From positions 20,050,560 to 20,114,559 of the forward strand of contig NC_134027.1 of the NCBI RefSeq assembly GCF_964204645.1: a stretch of 64,000 nucleotides of DNA, read 5' to 3'. The number at the start of each line of letters is the position of its first letter. Position 1 is the stretch's first letter. A program made the translations under genes and the position numbers. The notes below the pieces were generated by a model. That model did no database searches. It was not told where the DNA came from and worked only from the letters and a program-made list of their open reading frames with translations. Shown piece after piece: positions 23,440 through 34,300 of the stretch. The DNA is from Tubulanus polymorphus (Eukaryota; Animalia; Nemertea).

Positions 23440-25596
23440 TTTTTATACAAAAAACTTTTATTGAATGAGTTTACAAATATAATTTATGGATATTTCTTAT
23501 TTACAGCCAGAAAAAATTACTTGAGAACACATTAAAATACATGTTCTATATACAGAGTTAACAATATCTCACATAGGACTCAATCAAAAAACTCTAATAC
23601 AGGTATCTCGGTATCCATCTACTGCCTGGAGCCCAACCCCTTTTCAACACGAATAATCAAAGTCTTCGATTGTCTAGGCTTCACGTGCGGTCAGAACTTC
23701 ACCTGTGACATTTTTAATCGAAATTGAACTACAAATGCTACAGGTACAAATGCCTGACATCAGATCATTTTCAAATTTTCAACGCTCATCCATCCTGACT
23801 TAGCGCCGAGTACAATCAAATCATGGTCAATGTACTAGTTCATAACGTTCATACAGTAAAGCCTATTTACTGTTAGATATTTTTTGGAACAGGGAATTTT
23901 TGTCAGTCATTCAACACTGCAAGTATAGAAAATGGGCCAAAATGTTTAATGACTTTCTAGTGGAAAGCCCTTGGAAACCACGGGTGATTTTTAAACGTAG
24001 AACTTCCGACTTTTTGAGTAGGAGTATTTTAAAGCGGCTTATTATGTTGTGTGAATGCCTGTGCCCGTTGAGACCATATGGGTTCTTGGGACCGACTTGA
24101 CCTGTGCCCGAGGATACTCGGTCCCTTACCACATACTAAAAATGTCTTGGAACCCATGGAGGCCCACAATAGAACTATAGATAGCAAAAAGATATGATCA
24201 CCTGTGGGTGCAGCAGGTAACAGGTAAACAACAAAAATGTTCAGTCACACACGCTCACTTCTCAGCCCAATACAATCACTCTGCTGATTTTAGTAAGTGA
24301 GTTTATTGCTTTGGCAGCCGGGTCACAAAGGCAGCAGTAACTCGTACTGTATCAACAGTGGCTCAGTGGCTATGCCAGCAGACCTATGCGCCATCTGTGA
24401 ATAGTAGGAGAGACTAATACAAAAAATTTGGTAAATGGCCCACCACATAAATTCCAGAATACATTTCCATCGGAAACCACGCCCAAGCGATAAAACACGC
24501 CCAGATCTACCACCGGGAAAATCTCCACGACGATACGCGCAGTATCGACGAAGCAGACGGTATGACAATTCGGTATTATTACATAAGATACACAAATTTG
24601 GTTTGACTGTATTATCATTACATTCAAATTCTGAAGCCCTGATTTTCCGCAATCCATTCTAACTACATACAATGCAAATTAATAAGTCGAACAAAGGTCG
24701 GCTTTATAATCATGTCCAACTTGATTCTCTGAAACGATTGCATCGTAATAACCTGTCGACCTTACACACCCTTCGCGACTGCCAGCGACTAATAGTCGCA
24801 CACATTACATCCATCTTAATGTACTTTCTTCATGAATCCCATAGAGGTACATTAGTAAGAGGTTTGATTGTAATGAGAGAATGTCTGAATGGGTGCTTCC
24901 AGGTTACAAATTTAATACCAGCAATAGATAATAAAACATTCAGTCAATTTCTTATGGATCTTTTTGAACCATGGCATTTTTCTGATTTGAAACGATATTG
25001 AAGTTGGTTGGTACCAGTATTTACTTCATATATGGTGTCTGAGATATAAATGTTAGTACATTAAACTAATGCTCACCTGTAGTAGAATTACCTTTTAACC
25101 CCCACCCTCAACATAAAGATATGCATGCATTTGAACTGATTCCCTCTCAACTTCATGCTTATGTAATGAATGATTCCTTTCCTATGTTCCAGTAGAGTAC
25201 CGGTATGCATTTTTAATGTACCACCTCGCATATTTGAGAAGCGCTGAAATACACTGAGTTTGGTTCAGATTCATCCCAATTTTAACTAATACTGGTAGTC
25301 TTTCAAGTTCAAATTAGAAACTTTCACCCCAGAACATTGACTGGTAACTACAGGATGCTCCCACTAGGGTAGACTCCCCTTTACTCAAATCCTCAACACA
25401 AATCATAGAACCATCGCATATCACCTACATTATTGAACTAAAATTACTGGTCCCAAAGGGTACAACAATGAACTTACACTCCTTTTGCAGTGAACAGTAA
25501 CATAATAAATTCCAAATAGTGATGACCGTTGTTGGGATATTGACACAGCTTATTTTAAGAACCAAACGGATGAGTTCATGGGCCCGATAGGTATGT
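23440..25596 (-). ncRNA. Candidate spliced minus-strand transcript (lncRNA, micropeptide gene or spliced DNAJB9 3' UTR)
   Basis: Minus-strand splice signals: tttctttgttcag|25596-25478|gtaagt; TACTAAC-atttatatctcag|25038; cccacag|24201-24130|gtaagg; atgtcacag|23702; AATAAA at 23462-23457. No recognisable protein. Confidence 0.4.
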
Positions 25597-27851
25597 CTGA
25601 ACAAAGAAATTAAATTGATTTAGGAGTTCACCTCCTGTGTGAATCCTGCTCAGTAGATTGATTTTGACTTGTTAAAATCAATTCAATTACTTCATCAATA
25701 ATCAATTGACACTAAACCAAATCAATTTTGTTTACATTCGATTCGCTGCCAGTCATAATACAGTGCCATCCCAAATTGCTAATTCGAGTATGCTTGTAGG
25801 CTAAGTTGGCACTGGAGCCATAACACAATCAGCCCTCTCTCAAAATTGACCAATGAGCATTAAGAAGGGCGGCCGAGTTAGTTCACATTGCCAGCCTATC
25901 ACGAATTGTGTCATCATTCCCGCCAGCGTGAAATATGAAACGGTGAATAGGAAGAATCAGGTACGAGTACACTCATGTAGCCAGCAGTGAACGCCAGTTA
26001 ATCACACTACAACTAAACTAATCTTGGCACTCGTAAGTATTCTATCAACAGCGACAACTAACAACAGTAACACAAAGATACAGGGGGGTATAATTTTACA
26101 ATTACAATGTCGTGTAATATTTTATCACAGATTTCATCAAATGAAAAAAATAAAAATAAATCAACAACGAGTTTCGAGAATACTTTCGACTGACTTCTCT
26201 CACCCATAATATAATAAATGTCACCCTCGATTAACCACAGCTATTGCAACAAATGACTTCTAGGTGGATAACTGAACATCACTTCAATCGATGACGAACT
26301 AAATATTTTCTGATCACGGCAATAACAGGTTTTGAATTTCTTTTTCCAGATAATACCGCAGCCATGCCAGAGAATAACTTAAGATCAAAATAACTCTGGG
26401 TCCGCTTTCACAGTCCTTACTTAAATTTGACTCTAGGGTTGAAATATTGAAAATGAACTTATTCTTACTTTACAGAAGCTTATAGATTATAGACATAAAT
26501 TTAACCGACAATTGAGGAGGAACCAACTAGTAATTTCAGCCCTGGATTAACATAACCAGTACCTCGAAGACAGATGGCTTCAACCATTTGGCTTATCAAA
26601 TAATCATTTCACCAATTGGGAATTCAATGCTATGAACCGTGGATCCATAAAAAAGCAGACCTTTGTACAATTAAGATGAATTCACTGCCAAGTTCAACGG
26701 TGTTTCACGCAGAAAGATTTACACATCCCCAGTTTACGGTAGGTTTTATAAGTTATGTAACAACACAACTTTGAAATTAGCACCTTGGTGACATTAAAGG
26801 GTAAGCTTGAAGATATTACATTCAAACAACATATTGAAAAATAATACATACCTAAGCCTTTGGACCGAAATCTTAATGATCAGATTTTAGTACGAAGTGT
26901 GAGGAAAAACATTGGGTTGTATTCAAAAATATTCGCACTGCCATATTTTGCAATATAGACCCGCTTCAATGAGGGTACAACATGAGACAAATAAGCCCAA
27001 CATCAAAAAAGGCAGGCATCTGAACCCCAGATACACAAAATCTGGCCCTCGTTTCAAGCTATGGTATTGGATTTTCAGCAAACCCTGAAAAATTATTACC
27101 GGTATGTGTGGTTTTATAATACCAGACCAATCTCTTATAGCTTTACCAAACCAGACTCATATTTCCCATCGATTTGATATACTCTGACATAAAACAGCAA
27201 AGTTATTTTTGCCTACCAAATTGCGTTGAACTTGCTTGTAAAGAGACATATTTTGCAGATTGGTACAAACACGAACTCTGGGCCAGTTGCGCAGCCAAAA
27301 TGACTTATCCAAAAGTGATCTAAAATCATAAACCTGGTCTTAAGTTGTTAGATAGACTTTATATCTAAGATAATCGAACAACATAAGACCAGTTTTAACA
27401 ACTTCAGACCACTTTTGGACTGTTCAACTGGGCCCTGGTTTTAATCGTGAATCCAATTAATTTCACTAGTTGTACGTAGTAAGGTGTGACGTCCATATTC
27501 AGAATTATCCATCCGGAACAAACCATCATAAATTTCCTTTAGGAAACTGGGGCCAGTCAAAGGTTTTTGATTTGTTATTTAGAAGTGCGGCATATTCAGC
27601 GATCTCCAGATACGCTGGTATGAAATTCATCACCAGTTTGATACCAAAATCCAATCACAATAAATTTCAACAGTAGCACGTTAGCATCCACAGGTTAAAG
27701 TTGTCATTAGCAATAACTTTTGGTTGCAGCTAATATCAAGATCAGAGTACGTACACAGGATCGCGCAGTTGAGCAGAGTGTTCTGAAAATTTGACTTGCA
27801 GAAGAATGTTTTTCAGCGAGCAGTGACTAGTGTGTGAGAAAGATTCTTCTA

Positions 27852-29785
27852 TCAAGTACACTGGGTCGTTGTGACCACGCGGTTACCGATTCTTTGCGTG
27901 ATTGTTCGACAGTTCCCTGCAAAACATAGGAAGAAGATAATGATATACCAGTATGCAGCTTATTTCTGAGTATTTCAAACCCTGTTACAATAAACATGTA
28001 AGCCTGGTTAACTTTTGGAATAATGCCTAATGCAAAACTTTCTTAAAATGTTTTTTTTTTCAAATCATCAAGACTAGTCTTAAGTCGTTAGATTGCTATA
28101 GAACCAGAACCGGCAGAATGTGTTTTGACCAGTTAAGATTGGTTATGGAAGACATGTCTTAAGTTGTTATATTGCTATAGAACCAGAACCGGCAGAATGT
28201 ATTTTGACAAGTGGTTAGATATTGGTTATGGAACCTAAGTAAACAATGCATGGTTTTGGTTGTATAGCCATTTTTGTGTTGTATTGGCTGTGAATTCTTG
28301 ATGATTATCGAGAACAACTGCTGATATATCTATTTCAATAAACAGCTGTAACAACGAAATTCCAACTAGGATAAGCCTGCAATAGTTAAACTATTGTTAC
28401 ATACAGCTGTGTTTCATTCAACCTGTGTTAAACTCCTAAGAGCTGGTGTCATTGAAAATAAATATACATTGTATCCATAAAACGGCTATCATTACTAACT
28501 ACTGTGATCATAATCTTATTGAATTTTTGTTGAAGTCATTGAGATTAAGGATTTCATCAGTAACTCATCATTATTGAACAATTCAATGAACATCATGTGT
28601 ATCATAATTTTACTGAATAATGGGGTTATTGAGCATGAGTGGGTAATAAAATGGCATCTAATAATAATTTTACTGAATCACTGAAGTCGTCATTTTAATA
28701 TCATTTAGCACCAAGAGATAATGAAATTTGAGTCATCATTTGGACATTTCTCTTTAAACTGGAGCCTGCGTTTTCATGGTTAACGTAGAAAAACTGACTT
28801 ACTTCCTGAACCAGCTGAGAAGGCTCCACCGCCACCGCCACCGCCACCGCCAAAGAAGTCCATATCATCTTCAAATGCCCCGCCTCCTCCAAAAAACGAA
28901 TCGAAACTACCGAAATGATCATGTGGTTGATTATGATGGTGGTGGTCGCCGTGAAAACCGAAATCGGCGTCATTAAAAAAGTCATCGAACTGAAAGAATT
29001 GTTGCTGTTGTTGCCGGGCGTTATCTTTTTGCCGTGATCCGTGATGGTGGAATGAGTCGAACCCTTCAAATATGTCATCAAAATTGAAATGAAATCCGTG
29101 TCCGGCATTTCCAGTATTCCCATCGAGTCCTTCCTCGCCGAACATATCGTAGCGTTTGCGCTTTTCTTCATCGGTCAAAACTTCATGAGCTGAAATTTAA
29201 AAGAAAAGTATTTAAATCTCTAAATATGAATTCCATTGATTCATCCATTTGGTCATTTTCGAATGCACTCTAGTAAATTTTACGTTACACAATTAGCAGA
29301 CGCCAGAAACTTATGCAATACATCCATTATCAATAGAACACCAATAATTCACGGCATCTACTTATCATCTTCACGGATCCTTACTATTTCTAACTGAGTA
29401 ACCTAGGTGCTTGCTTGAATTTTTTTTTCAAAATATACAAAATATGGGCCCATGGCAGGCATAAAAGCCTTTACAAGAATAAAAGAAGCCTTTATGCCGC
29501 ATATCCACTTCAAAACCTCTCAATCAACCTGCCTCAGTAACCGTTCCACACACCTTTAGCTATTTCGATAAATTTCTTCTCAGCGGCCGGGTCGTCTTTA
29601 TTCTTGTCCGGGTGATATTTGACGGCGAGTTTGCGGAAAGCTTTTTTAATCTCACGTTCGCTGGCATTGCGTTTGACTCCGAGGATTTCGTAGTAATCCT
29701 TCGATTTAGCGGCCGAGGTGAATGCGGCGCCGAGAAAACAAGCATTACACACGGCAGATAAGAGAATCAAACGACTCGACAACAT
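27852..29785 (-). CDS. DNAJB9: DnaJ homolog subfamily B member 9 (ERdj4), ER-lumenal J-domain co-chaperone
   Basis: Exons 29785-29554, 29189-28803 and 27916-27852 (TGA). Signal peptide [26 protein letters not shown]-domain with HPD, G/F- and His-rich region, and C-terminal [20 protein letters not shown] matching the DNAJB9 CRTVTQRRGNMVTTYTDC tail. An acceptor lies just before the ATG, and a gtaagt donor at 30548 suggests a non-coding first exon ending at 30549. Confidence 0.93.
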
Positions 29786-30187
29786 TCTGAAAAATATAAA
29801 AACAACACCACATATTTGATGCCATTCTGGTTTTATTGCCACCGCACCCTACACGATTTCTTCACAATTTGTTGGCTATTTTCATGCGACAACTTTGCCG
29901 CTGGCAACCTTTTGTTGGCCGAAAAATAGTTATCCCCAAGCAAATAAGCTGATCACCAGAATGAATTATTGTAAACCAACCGAAGGATAATAATTTTTTC
30001 GCAGAGCCATGGCCATATGATAATGCCAATTTGGCAAAATATCATATGGATATTTTACCGTATAGCCTACGGCTGAGTATTTATTTCCACTATTTTACCT
30101 GATTTTAGCTGATTTACACCGCACATGCGCGACTGAGAAAATTCAAGGAAAGTGTGGAGAACAGAGTTAGAGAAAATAGAGCGGATA

Positions 30188-30251
30188 GAGTGAGACTCGA
30201 ACCCGGGATAGTTAATTACTAGCCCAGCGTTATACCACTAGACCACCGAGC
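30188..30251 (-). mobile_element. tRNA-derived SINE head in DNAJB9 intron 1
   Basis: Minus strand GCTCGGTGGTCTAGTGGTATAACGCTGGGCTAGTAATTAACTATCCCGGGTTCGAGTCTC: A box TGGTCTAGTGG and B box GGTTCGAGTC, but no intact cloverleaf. Confidence 0.6.
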
Positions 30252-30826
30252 TCGCTGAAAAGCACTCGAATGTTTTAACTATCTATAGTACCTCACCTTA
30301 CCCTAATCCTATCCCTAGGGTAAAACGGAACCCTCTTCTCACCCTCTCGACACTAACCCTATCGAAACCCCAACCCTTAACCCAATATAATGATTTTATT
30401 CTTACTTTTATTAGTTAATACTAAATACTATATATATAGTAATAATGTACGGTAAAATAGCGGAAGTAAATACTAAATACCTTGCTGTATTACGGTTAAA
30501 TATCCACTTCGTAAAACAAAAGGTCAAGAAAACCACAATCAAACTTACTTGTTTTAATGTCACACTTCCACTTATTATAGGCCTACTACACAACAGTCAC
30601 ACACCACTTCCACAATTCCAGTTTAACTTGAAGTCTTCCTTCTTCTCTCTTTTATTTAGTGCTTAAAAAAGGCAAGCTGCACACGGTTTTAGTTTCATAA
30701 ACTACGGCTGCTAATTATTTCTCTTCTCTTCTTTGACTTTTGTATTAGAACCTTGATCCACTACCTAACTGATAACTGATGAAAATGAGAAACAGTCCAA
30801 TAACTCCTCGCCACAGAAGAATAGCG

Positions 30827-30918
30827 CTTATAATCTGTCAAATGACTATTAGAGGGCAAGGGCTTCCCCGAAAAGCCACGACAAGCAAATTCATTGGTCC
30901 AGCACATCATGACGTCAT
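30827..30918 (-). promoter_or_regulatory. Candidate DNAJB9 promoter with unfolded-protein-response-type elements
   Basis: TATAAG on the minus strand (about 30832-30827). On the plus strand: GCCACGACA (30875-30883, one mismatch from the XBP1/UPRE motif GCCACGTCA), ATTGG-T-CCAGC (30893-30903, ERSE-II-like) and the CRE palindrome ATGACGTCAT (30909-30918). Confidence 0.5.
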
Positions 30919-31371
30919 TCCATTTCCACTGAGTGACCAAATTTGAAATTCAAATTTAACTTTATTTTTCAATTGGAGTAGGCTGACAGATTAATTAGAT
31001 ATGCCCATGGAATAAGATTTGATTAGAAAATCTTAGAAGGCACTTAAGACGTCTTTCCACTAGGACATTGAATTTGATTTGATTGAAAGTTCATCATTTC
31101 AATTCAATTCAATAAAACATTTATTGCTTCCATGAACGAAACAAAATTATCATGGGAAGAGCCAAGGGTACGCAAGCGAAGCCTCAGAGACACGAATTCA
31201 GGGCCACATATTGAGATTAAAGAAAGAAGAACATTTTAAGAAAATTTCACAAATATTCATCACTTTCGCAAACTGCTTAGAAAATCTGAAAATTGACGCA
31301 ACATGGCTTCAAAATGGAGTCGCGGTTCATTCTTTTCGATCTTCGCAAAATCCGCGCATTATTTCATTTAG

Positions 31372-34300
31372 GTCTGTCTGCAGAGTTTCCAGAACCTGTC
31401 ATGTCAGGGCCCAAGACCTGACATGACAGGTGGGACCTCAGGTGACAGGTCGATTTGCTAAAATGAAAATCGTAATGACTGAACCGATGATAGACGATTA
31501 GAAGATATGATAGGCGCGGATTTAAAACAAATGATAGCCGATAAGAAACAAAAAGAACATATCTTAGTGCTTTCTGAATATATTATTCAAAAACAAAAAA
31601 CAAACTATGATGTGTTATGAATTCATTTAAGAATTTATGTTTGCCTTGTAAAGATGCAATGATTGTGAATTATTTGATTTCAATAATTTTGAAGCGAGAC
31701 CTCACACGGCAGCTCGCGCCATTTTGCAGAGCTTCTCGGGACCTGTGGTGACAGGTCTGCACTAAAACTGATGAAATTGAAAAAACTTTACTTTTTATAA
31801 CCTTTATATAGTAAAGAGTATAATATAAATTGCTAACCATAGATAGAGTTAATCTTAAGTTACTATAAAACAATAATTTTGAAGCGAGACCTGACACGGC
31901 AGCTCGCGCCATTTTGCAGAGCTTCTCGAGACCTGTGGTGACAGGTCTGCATTAAAACTGATGAAATGAAGGAAAACATTAATTTTTATGGTCTCTTTAT
32001 AGTAAAGAGTATAATATAAATTGCTAACCATGGATAGAATTAATCTTAAGTTACTATAAAACAATAATTATGAAGCGAGACCTGACACGGCAGCTCGCGC
32101 CATTTTGCAGAGCTTCTCGGGACCTGTGGTGACAGGTCTGCTTGAAAACTGATGAAATGGAAAAAACTTTACTTTTTATGGTATCTTTATAGTAATGAAT
32201 ATAAAATAGATTGCTAACCATGGATATAGTTAATCTTAAGTTACTATAAAACATTAATTATGAAGCGAGACCTCACACGGCAGCTCGCGCCATTTTGCAG
32301 AGCTTCTCGAGACCTGTGGTGACAGGTCTGCTTGAAAACTTACTTTTTATGGTATCTTTATAGTAATGAATATAATATAGATTGCTAACCATGGATATAG
32401 TTAATCTTAAGTTACTACAAAACAATAATTTTGAAGCGAGACCTCACACGGCAGCTCGCGCCATTTTGCAGAGCTTCTCGAGACCTGTGGTGACAGGTCT
32501 GCTTGAAAACTGATGAAATGGAAAAAACTTTACTTTCTATAACCTTTATATAGTTATAAGTATAATATAAATTGCTAACCATAGATAGAGTTAATCTTAA
32601 GTTACTATAAAACAATAATTTTGAAGCGAGACCTGACACGGCAGCTCGCGCCATTTTGCAGAGCTTCTCGAGACCTGTGGTGACAGGTCTGCATTAAAAC
32701 TGATGAAATGAAGGAAAACATTAATTTTTATGGTCTCTTTATAGTAAAGAGTATAATATAAATTGCTAACCATGGATAGAATTAATCTTAAGTTACTATA
32801 AAACAATAATTATGAAGCGAGACCTGACACGGCAGCTCGCGCCATTTTGCAGAGCTTCTCGGGACCTGTGGTGACAGGTCTGCTTGAAAACTGATGAAAT
32901 GGAAAAAACTTTACTTTTTATGGTATCTTTATAGTAATGAATATAAAATAGATTGCTAACCATGGATATAGTTAATCTTAAGTTACTATAAAACATTAAT
33001 TATGAAGCGAGACCTCACACGGCAGCTCGCGCCATTTTGCAGAGCTTCTCGAGACCTGTGGTGACAGGTCTGCTTGAAAACTTACTTTTTATGGTATCTT
33101 TATAGTAATGAATATAATATAGATTGCTAACCATGGATATAGTTAATCTTAAGTTACTACAAAACAATAATTTTGAAGCGAGACCTCACACGGCAGCTCG
33201 CGCCATTTTGCAGAGCTTCTCGAGACCTGTGGTGACAGGTCTGCTTGAAAACTGATGAAATGGAAAAAACTTTACTTTTTATAACCTTTATACAGTTATA
33301 AGTATAAAATAGATTGCTAACCATGGATATAGTTAATCTTAAGTTACTATAAAACATTAATTATGAAGCGAGACCTCACACGGCAGCTCGCGCCATTTTG
33401 CAGAGCTTCTCGAGACCTGTGGTGACAGGTCTGCTTGAAAACTTACTTTTTATGGTATCTTTATAGTAATGAATATAATATAGATTGCTAACCATGGATA
33501 TAGTTAATCTTAAGTTACTACAAAACAATAATTTTGAAGCGAGACCTCACACGGCAGCTCGCGCCATTTTGCAGAGCTTCTCGAGACCTGTGGTGACAGG
33601 TCTGCTTGAAAACTGATGAAATGGAAAAAACTTTACTTTCTATAACCTTTATATAGTTATAAGTATAATATAAATTGCTAACCATAGATAGAGTTAATCT
33701 TAAGTTACTATAAAACAATAATTTTGAAGCGAGACCTGACACGGCAGCTCGCGCCATTTTGCAGAGCTTCTCGAGACCTGTGGTGACAGGTCTGCATTAA
33801 AACTGATGAAATGAAGGAAAACATTAATTTTTATGGTCTCTTTATAGTAAAGAGTATAATATAAATTGCTAACCATGGATAGAATTAATCTTAAGTTACT
33901 ATAAAACAATAATTATGAAGCGAGACCTGACACGGCAGCTCGCGCCATTTTGCAGAGCTTCTCGGGACCTGTGGTGACAGGTCTGCTTGAAAACTGATGA
34001 AATGGAAAAAACTTTACTTTTTATGGTATCTTTATAGTAATGAATATAAAATAGATTGCTAACCATGGATATAGTTAATCTTAAGTTACTATAAAACATT
34101 AATTATGAAGCGAGACCTCACACGGCAGCTCGCGCCATTTTGCAGAGCTTCTCGAGACCTGTGGTGACAGGTCTGCTTGAAAACTTACTTTTTATGGTAT
34201 CTTTATAGTAATGAATATAATATAGATTGCTAACCATGGATATAGTTAATCTTAAGTTACTACAAAACAATAATTTTGAAGCGAGACCTCACACGGCAGC

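Noticed and set aside
24323-25001. ORFs of 75-109 aa on both strands
   Set aside because: No recognisable domain or consistent coding frame; not called as CDS.
25829-25917. Minus-strand ATGATGA...CTGA pair as a box C/D snoRNA
   Set aside because: No convincing terminal stem or identifiable guide.
30188-30251. Possible tRNA gene
   Set aside because: A and B boxes are present, but the acceptor and anticodon stems do not pair; treated as a SINE head.
30290-30385. CCCTAA-like telomeric repeats
   Set aside because: Few, degenerate and scattered; more likely part of a repeat element than an interstitial telomere.
31768-31790. CTGATGA...GAAA in most satellite monomers, suggesting a hammerhead satellite
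   Set aside because: Only about 4 nt (AATG or AATT) separate the boxes, so helix II cannot form; helices I and III are absent, and type C monomers delete the motif.
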